In this document: positions 1 to 12,500 of the stretch, piece by piece
Layout: the number at the start of each line of letters is the position of its first letter
Position numbering within the stretch: the stretch's first letter is position 1
Assembly: GCA_030141605.1 (NCBI GenBank)
Contig: JAQGDQ010002371.1
Coordinates: 496,001-560,000, forward strand
Source: Tubiluchus corallicola
Taxonomy: Eukaryota; Animalia; Priapulida
Length of the DNA stretch: 64,000 bases
Reading direction: 5' to 3'
Notes under the pieces: model-generated
The model's input: only the letters and a program-made list of their open reading frames with translations
Told to the model about the DNA's origin: nothing
The model's database searches: none
Made by a program: the position numbers and the translations under genes

Positions 1-11
1 TGGCTGCCGTG

Positions 12-531
12 CATTTCGTGTAAAAGTTATAAAATTTAGCGGAATACTAGAATGTCAAGGTGATTAATTTTGGATAAAATAAGTCTTGCAATATGGGCGC
101 TATTTTCAAGATGGCCAACATGGTTCGCTGGCATATAAAGGTTATATTACATAAAATTCAAACCCATCAAAGTGATCAATTTTGGATATGAGGTCAGACG
201 AAAATCATCCAATATTGCCACCATTTCAAAAATTGCTAAGAAGATGAAGGCTATTGCTAATTTTTTTAAAGCCGTATCTTAGCTACTAGAGCTTAAGTTT
301 TATTTATGGGTTGCTTGGCCCCTGCATGACACCAAAATCTTCTTATCTGTTCTAATGGTTAAGATATATTATAGCCTTTACATGCTAGCGAGCCATCTTT
401 TTGGTCATCTTGAAAATGGCGCCCATATTGAATAATTTTTTATCCAAAATTACTTACCTTGACATTCTAGCATTCTGCTAAATTTATAACCTTTACACGA
501 AATGAACAATTTTCACGATTTTGCTGGACTA
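12..531. mobile_element. Non-autonomous inverted-repeat DNA transposon remnant, Academ-like
   Basis: 12-120 (catttcgtgtaaaagttataaaatttagcggaatactagaatgtcaagg...tattttcaagatggcc) is an inverted repeat of ~400-505. The right end terminates ...gctggaCTA. It shares subterminal motifs (aaaattacttacct, catcttgaaaat) with the Academ-like element at 27761-29725. Confidence 0.6.
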
Positions 532-2040
532 TACGTCAAGCACGTCAGCGACAGCCACTATCTTTTTTGCTCATTTCTTATTATTAGTTATTAATCTAAC
601 AGTATTTAGAGTCAACAAGGTCGGCCGTTTTGTTTTTAGCTTATTGGGCTGTTTGAATCGCTTTGTATTACTTTCATACTAGTAGCAGCTATCTAGATTC
701 GAGAAGATCCAGTTGATTGGTTCTTGTTTGTCTAATAAATCTATGATAAAACAGTTAATGCAATAGCGTGATCGGCATTATTGCTTGGCAGCCATTTTGA
801 AAACGGTAACCATTTTTGAAATGAAAATGACAGAAATGAGTTCCTCGGGTCCAACTGGAACCTTGGAATAGCTGTCATGTTGCCTTCTTAATATTAATTT
901 TGTAAACGTTTCTCTTAATTTACGTTGTTTGCACAAAAACTTGGCAGCCATGTTTTTTTGCGTTTAGCCCCTTTCCGCTAATTTTTCGAGATGGCAACAG
1001 GTTTTTCGGATTCAGAGTAGTTAAACTGATAAGACTGGCTATGTTGCCCATTTATAAAAAAGACTAGACTATATATGCTTTTCCTAGTTACCCTTTATAT
1101 GTAAATCGCATTTAGAATGTATCCAAAATTTTACCACACTAGGCTTATTTGCGGTAAGTTTCATTTAAACGAAAATGTATAAAGCTGTAGCCCTTTAACT
1201 GCATGCAAGTCATTACACATGCAGAAAAACGTGTAACATGATAAAATGTTGAAGGACATCATAATAAGCACTGTAGATACACATTCGTGGAACTGTATAT
1301 GCCCGGGGAAGTGTATAACATTTGCGTAATCCTTATGCATTACTAAACATATTAAATTAAGTACGCTATTAAAGGGAAACTAAATATTAAACATACGTTT
1401 GCATTTAATTTTAAATTCAACGAATTTAGCATAAAAGCTTTCTTCTAAATTAAGTCTATTATACACGTACATCGACTAATATTAAAAATATTCACATATT
1501 ACGTGTTACGTAATTCTATCTGCGTCAGCCTGATACACGTATAAATGTAATTTGGTCTACTTACTTTGAAGGTCTGTCACAGAAGATTCCACGAAGCTTT
1601 TATACTGAGTTAGATCGCTTTGTATAGAATCATATCTCGGGAAAGTGAATCTTGTAGGATCATATCGATTGGCACCTATACAGTTAACATAATCAAAATG
1701 TAGCTTCAGTGAAAATATACTAAAAATTGATTGATGTTTTCAAGCTGAAAAACATAACAATATTTTATCGGTCTTCCCATGACTGCGGATAACCGCTGAA
1801 AAAGCAAAAAACTCGCAGTTACACTGGTTTACAACTTTACATTACAAAAGATAGTAACCAGAATCGGGAAGAGCCAATGGCTAGTTCGATATTACTGTTA
1901 CTGAAGTAGCGTTACTATGGCTTCACACTTGGTCTGTAATCTAAAAGGGAGGCTTGCTCTAAATAAATAATACGCTAATACTTCATGATATCAACTCTCG
2001 ATTATTTAAATTCGTGTAATTCATGTTGTCAACAAATGAA

Positions 2041-2372
2041 CTCGTTTATCTGTTTCTTCATGGTAATCCACACTTAAGTATATCTGTTAATATTCAAGTA
2101 TTTAAGCTTGTAAAGAAATTTATATTTCTAACTAAGCGCTTCTAGTCTCTGTACTAGTTTATATTGATTACAGAGTAATATTTATTTATTTCTCAACATT
2201 CTGCTATGTATATATTTATGCTAGTAGTCATACTGTAATGCTTCTACTGTTTGTCTATTACCTGCACTCTACTAAGTGCCACATTTCATTGATGAGAACA
2301 TTTATCATTTGTTAGAAACTGTCTGTTCAAGCCATGTTGCAATATTTCTTATTCAATAAAAATATATTGAAA
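2041..2372 (+). mobile_element. 3' end of a CR1/L2-group LINE (ORF2 C-terminus plus 3' UTR)
   Basis: Translates LFLHGNPHLSISVNIQVFKLVKKFIFLTKRF* (stop 2143-2145), the typical C-terminus of CR1-group ORF2. Followed by a UTR ending in tcAATAAAaatatattgaaac. Confidence 0.6.
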
Positions 2373-2859
2373 CTGTAAATGTAAAACTTTACGTGAATGA
2401 ATTTTACTGTAAATCACGTATCTCTGCGTCTCCTTCCCGTTTGTTTGGTTATTGAACTTATACCAATCGCTTATTTATTTTTGATTCAGGAAAAAACCAA
2501 ATGACTTGATTTGATCAATACTTACGTCGTGTATGAATCTTTACGGATGGATGTGCGCTTGATTCGGCAATAAACGTCATTAAAATAACTACTGCAGTAT
2601 TCATAATTGTACAGCTGAACTACATAAAAATGGATGCGTAAAATTGCATATTAGCTAAATGACAGATTATAAACGTGTTGTCATGAAAAAAGAACAGTGG
2701 TATGTAAGCTCACCTAACACAGATTGCATAAAGAGGTAGTCACGTGCAAAGGAGCCAGTTGAATGAAAACATGTACAATAGTATATATCAATGGTAGACT
2801 GAAATTTTGTTCTAGAACTAAAACTGACCAAAACTGACTGAAAGACAAAAATCGTCAAG

Positions 2860-3340
2860 GTCCAATTTCAGAAGCAATGCACTAGGTTCGAGCTCAATTC
2901 AAATATTCTCTCCGAGCATGTAAGAGAAATGAGCAGGTTATTGTTGCTGATCGGAGAGCCTACAGATATATGCACTGTAATTCATATCAATTCTGGGCAT
3001 CCATTAAAAAGGAGTCAAATTCTAAGCAACTCTCCTCCCTTCCCGCATTGGGTAAACCACTGGCGAAAAGCAAATATGTGATATGTGGAAGAACCACTAC
3101 CAGGCACTTCTTAATTCTCTTGACAATTGCGATCTACCAATTAGGCTAAAGGAATCTCTGACTACCAACCTAAACAATGCTCCTGCAATCACTGTAAGAG
3201 AGGTTCAGGATGCCATGTCTAGCCTGTCTCACCACAAAAGTCCAGGCCCTGATCGGCTCCAAGCGGAATATTATACATACGCAACTGGGCTTCTACCCAT
3301 ATTGCTAGCTTTAATTTATACATCTTGCATTGCTCATAGT
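2860..3340 (+). mobile_element. Non-LTR retrotransposon ORF2 fragment (linker and start of the RT region)
   Basis: ORF 3083-3457 contains MWKNHYQALLN...ITVREVQDAMSSLSHHKSPGPDRLQAEYY, the pre-RT 'KSPGPD' region. Upstream frameshifted FWASIKK. Similarity ends abruptly near 3340. Confidence 0.75.
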
Positions 3341-4476
3341 TTTCCAAATGCACTGCAAAAGATTTGGGACCAGTCATGGGATGCTAGTTTGGACTTGAAG
3401 TCTGCGACAGTGCTATCATTAAAGATTCTAAATTTTGAAACTACTGGTTTTGAATGAAGTGCTTTCAAGCTAGTTACTGAATAAATGGGAAATTGGTCAG
3501 ATATGTCACTGTAGAGAATGCCCGAGTTTAGGTTGTCATTTGACACACAGTTTGTACATATATTATCGATTAAAGTTGCTGAGTAAGTAGTAATTCTTGT
3601 TGGTTGCTGATTAAGGGATACAATGAATGACTAGGTAGGCAATTGAGAAAAGATTCAGTTCCTTCGTGTGAGTCACAGTTAAGCAATTTTAAGTTGAAAT
3701 CGCCGCAGACAAAGATGTGTTTGTTTTTATCAATTATTTTAGAGAGAAGATTATCTAAACCATCAAGGAATACTGGGATACTGGTACCCGGAGGTCTATA
3801 TAACACTCCAACTAAGACCATTTTTGTATGTTCTTGGGTAATTTTAACAAACAGTGATTCACAGGTTAGTTCATCGAAACAGTCTAAGCCATTACGAGGT
3901 TTACTGTTTAAATCATCCTTTATATACAGGGAAACCCCTCCACCTGTTCTCTGTTTGCGGGTTTTTGAGTAGTGATTATAATGTTTTATTGAAAACTGAT
4001 CTTTATTCTGATCATTAAGCCAGGTTTCTGTAAAAGATAGTATCGAAAATTCACCATTCAGCGTGGACAGTATAGTCACACTTTAATCTACCTATTCTGT
4101 TATAGAAGTTTAGGTCTGTATCAAAATCTGCATATTGTGAAGACAATAATCTTTCATTATAATCAAATGGATTTAGATGTAATCCAGCAAGTTGTAAGGT
4201 AACTGAATCGGGTATATCGATCAGGTCAATAGCGTTTTTGAATTGTATTTCATTTTCTATATTATTGAAGGGCAATATATCTGCAAGACAATTTGTACAG
4301 TACCACAAATCTACACTAGTTAAAACACTGTCTTGCTCTGTCGTTAGATTACATATCAAGTGTTGCCAAATTCCACAAACCTTACATAACAGACCTTTGT
4401 GGTCATTCCGTACCTTATGAAAATATCTGTATACACGCCCTAAAACAACATAAAACAACGCGATCTTCGCTTTCAA
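3334..4476 (-). mobile_element. CR1-group LINE fragment: PHD finger plus APE endonuclease, frameshifted
   Basis: ORF 4051-4476 has a PHD-like finger (CKVCGIWQHLIC...WYCTNC). ORF 3570-4079 has APE motifs (FTETWL, TGGGVSLYI, LYRPPG, CGDFN). ORF 3334-3546 has SGILYSDISDQFPI (SDH motif). Broken by frameshifts. Confidence 0.85.
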
Positions 4477-4558
4477 AACCTCTTAATTTCACGTCATTTT
4501 TGTAATAACTTAATGAAAGACGCCTTTGATGTTAAATTTACTTTTGTTTAATTTCAAG

Positions 4559-4681
4559 CTGGTAATTACGGTTCTATTCCTGGGCCAATACATTCGGGCG
4601 GATGCTTAATATTTGGACAGGATCAGACTGATGTGGGCACTGGTTTCACAGCAAGTCAAAGTTTTCGAGGAATGGTGACGG
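4559..4681 (+). CDS. Pentraxin (LamG-like) domain exon, partial gene
   Basis: Acceptor ttttgtttaatttcaAG at 4557-4558, donor GT at 4682, phase 1-1. Translates GNYGSIPGPIHSGGCLIFGQDQTDVGTGFTASQSFRGMVT, matching the pentraxin 'GGxLILGQEQD...F...QSFxG' motif. Missed by the ORF track. Confidence 0.65.
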
Positions 4682-4852
4682 GTATCATTGTAGCAATAGG
4701 CTATAGGTAATGAGATTTATTAAGCAGACAACACTGACTGACAGTTCTTTTACAATGTACTTAATGTTTTTATTCTGACTGCTGTTTCTAGTTAGTCGGG
4801 GGCTTAGTGGTCAATGGGCAGCTTGGCTTTCATCGCTGCTTGGGGATTTTCT

Positions 4853-6196
4853 CAGTGCCAGATTAAGGCTCTGCTGGCCCTAATGCCCATTTTGATAAGT
4901 GACCTGAAACCACAGATATTTTGGGCTCACCGACGAAAAGAAAATCAGTTAAACTTAGAAAAAGAAAATTTATTGAGTAAAAATTTAGAACAACCAATAT
5001 TTTTTACAGTAATTACTATTGGTACATGTGCCCATATGCTTAGTTCGCCCTTGGCTTTCTTGGACTTTTTCAATGGACTATGTTTTACGATATACCCCAT
5101 TTCCTGTCAGGACCAATACTTGGATTTCTTAAGTGTATTGCTACAGTTTCATGGCCAACAAAAAAGGAAATTCTTCAGAGTGTTGCTGAGCTTCACTCAT
5201 TTCAGCAGCCTAGCAGAAGACTCACTGGCTCGTCAATATCGATGACAATGGAAAAAGTGAGTTTCTTTTCAGACAGTAATTTTCTCCTGATGTGAACGAA
5301 CTTTAACCCTATTATCATTTGGTCATGCACCATTTGGTTGTCATTGGTTTCATAGGAGCTGTCAGTAAAACTATAATTTTTAGCCAAGATTTTCAGTTCG
5401 GCGAATAAATTGTCAATGCATTCATTAGGACCCTGCTCGAAAGGCATAACATTCATACACTGAGTTAGCAGGGGCAGCAAAATACTGTTGCAAAGTGGCG
5501 CTTTCGCAGATTCATAGCTATCTAGTCGACTGCCTACAGAATCTTGAATAACAAGTTTTAAACCTCGCAGAATCCTTGTAACATCTAACTCCATCCTATT
5601 CAGAAGCCAGGAGTTTTTGAGATCAGCAGTCAGCGGAATAGCTTGAAAGCTTAACCAGTCTTCAAAATCTTCCACATACAGCTTATACTACGCCCTCAGA
5701 GCTTAAGCAGCAAGATTAAAAGGACCAGGTGCAAGAGAAAATATCTTGGACAACTACAGTGACCCCCTATCATCATGAGATGTATTAGGACCAGACATGC
5801 TTTACACAAGAAGTGCGAAATTTAAACTGTAGCAGGTATTCCTCTAAAAGAAACACACGATAGATTAATTTCTTAAAGAAAAACAAAATAGCAGAGCCTT
5901 TACGACAAAAAAGCAAACAAAATTATCACATGGTTAACAAAAAATAAGGTGCTATTCATCAACTATGTTAAGTTAAAATTTTCGACAAACGTTCCTGTCA
6001 GAATGGTGTCTCATTCATTCGTTATTGCAAAGGTCACAGTAAAAAATACAAAACATTTATTTACGTGTAAAAATAAAGGAAAGAAATTTTTATCACCACC
6101 TGAAAACTTATGAATTTTTTCCTGATTTTTTGTGGCCCGATTTTTGGCTGGCCTTAAGGCGTGTGCTATGTTTGCCTAATGATTAATCCGGCACTG
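4853..6196. mobile_element. Non-autonomous hAT-superfamily DNA transposon (1344 bp)
   Basis: 14-bp TIRs CAGTGCCAGATTAA (4853-4866) and TTAATCCGGCACTG (6183-6196), one mismatch. Perfect 8-bp TSD GATTTTCT at 4845-4852 and 6197-6204. No transposase inside. Confidence 0.9.
5060..5800 (-). pseudogene. Degenerate Ty3/Gypsy gag fragment inside the hAT element
   Basis: ORF 5202-5675 reads QGPNECIDNLFAELKILAKNYSF...NQMVHDQMIIGLKFVHIRRKLLSEKKLTFSIVIDI, matching the K02A2.6-type gag pattern Q..xE.ID.F..xL..LA..C.F...MIRDQI..G...IR.KLL.E..LT. Confidence 0.7.
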
Positions 6197-6915
6197 GATT
6201 TTCTCCCAGTCATTTCCCTTGACAAAGATCCCTAAAACATAGTAATATGCTCCTTGCAAAGTCATGAACAAATGAATAGGTCAGGGCTAAAGGGGCCATT
6301 TGAAAATGTTTTTATGTTTGATAAACTACCTGATGGGTTAAGAAACGTCTGAAGAAATATTACGGCATCAGATCTGGATTCAGTTTTTTCGAACTTAGAG
6401 TGCTACGTACGAATAAAGATAATAGGCCTAAATGTTTTTTGTGAAATTATCATACTGATTAAAGTAGTAACTGAGTAACACTACTTGCTTGAAAGTTTAA
6501 TAAGTTATTTTCATAGTAATTGCGTCACGATAATGTACATAATTTAGACATGGGTACTGGTGTGCTTAGTTACGAAAGTTCAGGAATACTGAACCAGTTT
6601 ACCAAACGGATGAGTATCGTTAGGAAAATTGCATCTGGGCGGTTTTGACTGCACCTTAAGCCTTTATTTGTTGAGTTTCAGTGATGCAGGTTCTATTTTC
6701 AACTTAATGAAATCACCCTCAAGTGAATTTCTGACTAGCTAAAGACGAACGTTCCATAAACTTCTAAATCATATAATATTGTAATCACAATTCTTACCAA
6801 ATAAGTATTCATTTTTTCGCGTTTGAACTGCTCCAGTATATTCGCATCTGTCATGTGTCACAAAATTTATTTTGAACATAATAGCAATTTACTAAGATTA
6901 AAACATTTTTTCCAG

Positions 6916-7205
6916 ATTCGATGATGGAGTCCTGTTTAAATAATGATGACTCCTACATCTTTAATTGGGAAACCCCAGTTATGCAGCTTATTGGTGGTTT
7001 GATGAAAGGTCAATCTACCTGCCCTGGACCAATTGAAATGGAAAGAGTGTGTGCTCTGAGAGAAGATGAGTTAGAAATACTCTTTGACTTCATCACTGGC
7101 ATTGCCAAGAAAACAGCTTCGCTAATTTACATAATTTCTGACGAACTTAGACAAATTGGGGCGCGCCTCAGTACGTCTAGGCCTAGGTCTAGATATTATA
7201 ATTAA
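6916..7205 (+). CDS. Possible downstream or terminal exon of the pentraxin-domain gene
   Basis: Acceptor tttttttccAG at 6914-6915, phase 1 (compatible with the 4559-4681 exon). Translates SMMESCLNNDDSYIFNWETPVMQL..., which loosely resembles the pentraxin C-terminal 'C.....II.W'. Open to stop at 7205. Confidence 0.35.
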
Positions 7206-7717
7206 AATGGAGATGCCTATAGTAACATTGTCAATTGATTTTTTATAGCTGGCCCAGTCTGAAAACACCCGGATGTACTGTATATATCTGTAAAGCTATA
7301 CAGCTATACCTGTAGTTCGATTTTACATGGGATTTTAAATTTTGCTTTTTGTGTATTTTATGTAGATCGTTGTGTGTTTTGTGTATTTATGTAGATCGTT
7401 GCCCTGAATGACCATTGGTCTTGTCTAGGTCTAGTGCGATTAGCATAATTTCTCTGAAGAAATATGTTAGGTACTCGTTTAAAAAACACTTGTGCATTTT
7501 TCTTGAAAGTTCTGGAAGGATAGAGGTCGTATGAATTTCAATAAATAAAAATTTACAGAGTCTGACTTTTGCATTTTCATTTTTTGCTCGTGTGCCATGT
7601 ATTGAAAAATCCAGTACAGATAAAGGTGTTATAACTACACAGTCATTTAGCATCTTCAGAAAATGTATAAAATTTATAGATAACAAGCGAGCTATGATGT
7701 TTCGACTACAGCAGGAC

Positions 7718-7732
7718 ATTATTATTATTATT

Positions 7733-7827
<95 letters not shown>

Positions 7828-7854
7828 TATTATCATCATTATTATTATTATTAT
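7718..7854. repeat. (ATT)n/(ATC)n trinucleotide microsatellite
   Basis: Directly visible; source of the spurious poly-I and poly-M ORFs. Confidence 0.98.
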
Positions 7855-8286
7855 GACAGTCAAACCGGATTGCAAAAAAAATTGACGCTAAGCGAGTTTG
7901 GCATTATAAATAGAGCGTTATTACGAGTTATGATCGTCGTTGTCATCGTCGTCGTCATTGTCATCATCATCATCATTATTAGTATTATTTCATTTCGAGC
8001 ATAAAAATATACATATCGTAGATTTTTCCTTTATTATTTTAATGTTTATTTTACTGCGTAATCCACCAAACAATTATTTTGCATGCAGTTATTAGCACGA
8101 TTCATTTAACAGAATGACAATTGAAAAATAATAATGGGGCAAGAGTTTACAGCCCGAGTATACAACTTTTTAACAGCTTTATAATTAAGGTTGAGCATAA
8201 TTGCAAACTCTATTACAAAAAGTGCGAGAATTTGAGATGGGGGAGATAAGGAGAAGATAATTATGGCGAGGAAAGAACGGAAGCAC

Positions 8287-8301
8287 GTGTGTGTGTGTGT
8301 G

Positions 8302-8333
<32 letters not shown>

Positions 8334-8372
8334 CGTGCGTGTGTGCGTGCGTGCGTGCGTGCGTGTGTGTGT
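8287..8372. repeat. (GT)n/(GCGT)n microsatellite
   Basis: Directly visible. Confidence 0.97.
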
Positions 8373-8742
8373 GGTGCTAAAACGTGGCAAAAATACTTGG
8401 AATTTGATACAACGTGTAAGTTCTTAACACATGATATACGTGAATTTGAATGAGTCGAATTAACAAATCAGCCTAGCTAAAAATACCCACACAAAATCAA
8501 ATATATTATGTGTGTGCACATACATATTCTCCTATCAATCCCATTTTTTGCTTTATTTGCGGTTTTATTTTATCAGTCAGTTAACAAATGACCTATTGAT
8601 GAAAATATATCACAACACAAATGCCGTTTTCAGATTTTTAAATTCAATAGCTAGCATAGGCTTTATCGTCTGACAATGACACATTTATCACTCTTCAGTC
8701 ACAAAGCCAGTAAACTAACGTTATATTTTATACAGAATGTAC

Positions 8743-9415
8743 TGTCACAAAAATATGTTTAGGCGTGTAATATGAATCGTGTAAATGCTTTGTATATATA
8801 GTTCTTAATTTGTCTTAAGTTCATTAAAGATTATGTAAATTAGCGAAGCTGTTTTCTCGGTGGTATCAGTTGGATAGTCAACATTGGTTTTCTGTCAGAG
8901 TGCGCACTCTTTCCGTTTCGGTTGGGACAGGTGAACAGGTAGACAGGGACAGGTAGTCACTCAAATGTGACTTAGGTAAGTCAAATGTAGATGCGGTACT
9001 TTGAATAAATCGGTAACTAACTCATTTAAGAAATTACAAAAAGATAAACCAAATTAAAATTATATTTTATGGTCATGGTGCTATCGGCAGCAGCAATTTT
9101 TATTATATTTAATTAATTTGCAACTATTTGTATGGACGTTAATACATTTTTCAAATGTAAAGAAAATGTTTATCTGATAAGAAGCACCGCATTCTATTTC
9201 TTTGAGTTCAGTGGTTGCTGGAGTTTGAGAGCCAAACAAGACAAGCCTGCTCCTGCCTTCCCAGGTCTTGTCTCCCAACTGTTTCGGCGTGAATGTGAGG
9301 GAGTGGTGAACCTTCAAGGGTAAATTCGTTTTCTTTGTGTTTTTATGTCTAGCCAGCTATTCGTTCTTTTTCGGTTATAAAATCACTCTTTCCAACAGTA
9401 ACATTTAGTTTTACA
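8743..9415 (+). mobile_element. Candidate 5' LTR of the Gypsy element
   Basis: Starts TGTCAC and ends TTTTACA. Followed by a weak PBS-like tagtgggtttgtcaggat and then RT sequence. No second copy seen in the window. Confidence 0.35.
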
Positions 9416-9565
9416 AAATTAGTGGGTTTGTCAGGATTTTGGTCGGGCCTTATACTCTTTCAAAGCTAGTAAATGTCTCCCAGTTGCATGTTTCCGGATG
9501 TCGACCTCGAACCGAGGCCTCTCGCTCACCGATAACTCTGGCTCGAATCGTCCAGGGGTGATTAC

Positions 9566-12500
9566 TACGGTGCACTAGATGCTGCATTGATTATAGAGCC
9601 CTAAATGCAATTACCATCAAAGACAGTTATCCTTTACCCTGTATAGATGACTCGATAGATGCACTATCAGGCTCTGAATGGTTTTCCACCCTTGACTTGA
9701 AATCTGGGTATCACCAGGTCGAAATGCACCCTAACGACAAGGAGAAGACGGCTTTCATTACACATAGAGGCCTCTGGCAATTCAAGGCTATGCCTTTTTT
9801 ATGGAGCAGGTCCTGACTGGCCTTCATTGGCGTACCCTACTAATCTACCTCGATGACGTGATAGTTTATGGCCACACCTTTGACGAACACTTGGAGCGTC
9901 TACAAGAGGTCTTCACTCGCTTCCAAGCAGCCGGACTGAAACTTAACGCTGAGAAATGTCTACTTACACAAAAGCAGGTAACTTACCTTGGACACATTGT
10001 CAGTTCCCAAGGAGTACACACCGATCCTGCAAAAACTGATGCAGTAGCGAAATGGCCTATACCAACAAACTTGACTGAGCTACGTAGTTTTCTTGGCCTT
10101 TGTACATACTACAGGCGCTTCATCAAAGACTTTGCAAAAATAGCAGCTCCACTGCACGAACTAACTCGTAAACATCAACCTTTCTTGTGGCAACAAGACC
10201 AGCTGCAGTCTTTTGAGAGACTTAAAGCCTTGCTTACTTCCTCCCCTGTACTAGCGCATCCTCATTTCGATAGAGATTTCATACTTGACACCGATGCTAG
10301 TAATGTCGCCATCGGTGCTGTACTCTCTCAAGTTCAAAATGGACACGAACGTGTAATTGCCTATTACAGTCAAACACTTAACCCCGCAGAACGCAATTAC
10401 TGTGCCACTAGACGTGAACTCCTGGCCGTGATAAAAGCGGTGACCAACTTCCATCACTATCTTTACGGAAAACTCTTTTCTATACGTACCGACCATGCGG
10501 CACTTCGCTGGCTTCGCACGCTTAAGCGCCCGGAAGGCCAATTAGCTCGATGGCTTGCGAAATTGGACCAATATCAGTACAAGATAGAGCATAGGCCCGG
10601 TAAAAGTCACGCGAATGCAGACGCGCTGTCTAGACGGCCATGCGAACACGAATGCTCTCATTGCAACAAACGTGAAATAAAATTTGAAACGCTAAGAACA
10701 GCTAACAATTCAAAAGCTGAAAATAGCAAAAATGCCTTACAGCCAGCCTGGAGAAGTAAAATTGACAGTGAAATTATTCAGGCATCAAAATGTGTGAAAC
10801 CAGAAATCACTGAATCGGCAAAATTTGTCAAAGTCGGTACAACTTTGCGTGATACTGAATTAGATTTTAAAGAAGGTCAATTAAATGATAAAGATCTAGC
10901 ACCCGTCATAGCGTTTCTTGAAACGTCAAGCGAAAAACCAACATGGGAACAGCGATCACCCCTTAGTAGAAACGCTAAAGCGGTTTTAGCGCATTGGGAC
11001 ACACTGCGTTTAAGAGATGGCATTTTGCAGCGGAAATGGGAAAGCCCTGAAGGGAGTCTTCTCGCTGGCAATGGTTAGTCCCTCGCGCTTTTCGCGAAAA
11101 AGTTTTAACGGAAATGCATTCATCTCCAACTGCAGGCCATTTTGGACAAAACAAAACTCTCGATTTACTGCGGCAGCGCTTGTTTTGGCCGGGAATGCGG
11201 CAAGATGTTGAAATATGGACGCGAACTTGCGAAATTTGTTGCAAGAAAAAGGGGCCGCAGCGAAAACCTCGTGCACCTTTACAACTATACCGTGTGGGCG
11301 CGCCTATGGAACGAATCGCCATTGACGTGGCAGGTCCTTTTCCGTTGTCTAATTCTAACAACAAATACATATTAGTTGCAATGGATTATTTCACAAAATG
11401 GCCGTAATGCTATCCCTTACCGAACCAAGAAGCCGAGACTATAGCTGCAGTATTGGTAAACGATTTCTTTTGCCGATTTGGGTTACCAAACGAAATTCAT
11501 TCAGACCAAGGCCGAAATTTTGAAAGTAAGGTCTTTCAGCAATGCTGTAATCTTATGGGTATTGAGAAAACTCGAACGACTGCGCTTAACCCAAAAAGCG
11601 ATGGAATGTGCGAGCGCTTTATAAGGACCATTTCCCGACAGCTTGCGCAATTCAGTAGTGCCCACCAGCGTGATTGGGATGAAAAGATCCCTTTGTTTTT
11701 GCTTTCATACAGATCGGCTGTACATGACTCAACTGGATTCACCCCTGCTCAAGCCATGTTTGGTTGAGAATTAAGGCTGCCTCTTGATCTATTAACAGGA
11801 CGCCCACCTTCAAACATTGATTCAAGTACTGTCGTTCAGTATGTTAAAAATCTTGAGAATCGTCTACATGACGTTCACCATTTCATCAGAGAAAACCTTC
11901 GCATTTCCCATGAAACAATGCGTAGACGCTATAATGTCCGTTCTCGTTATGTTCAATTTTCTGTTGGGGAAAAAGTTTGGTTTTTTAACCCTCAGCGTAA
12001 AATCGGTCGCAGTCCAAAGCTTCAGTCTGATTGGCTGGGACCTTATGAAATCATAACACGTCTCTCAGATGTTGTCTATCGTATACGTTTGCCGGGACCA
12101 AGAGAAAGATGCAAAATTGTTCATGCAGATCGTCTGTGGCGTTATACGCCAGCCACTGGATTTTCCTGGACACCTGGTGAAACGCCTTCACTCAATGAAT
12201 TATCTGACAGCCAAGCTACAGTAACTTATAGCCTTGATCCCGAAGTTAGTGCCGATAAATCCAATGCCGATCCATCGGGTATCGATAAATCTAAATCTGA
12301 ACAGAACATTGAACTCGAGCCACAACTGACAGCACTTGATCGTTCTGTATCTCTCGATTCTTTCGGATTGCCGCCACCTCCATACTCACCATGCAGAATA
12401 GCTGATTATAATGATGAGCACAATGAAAATGCATCGAGTTTTCCAGCCCAAATTCCAGAACTACTTAATTCCTCCATGCCAGCCTTAACTCCTATTCGTG

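Noticed and set aside
4814-5245. 143-aa ORF with a signal-peptide-like start
   Set aside because: It crosses the hAT insertion boundary and runs antisense to gag debris; no recognisable domain.
7387-7885. Poly-Met and poly-Ile ORFs
   Set aside because: Translations of an (ATC/ATT)n microsatellite.
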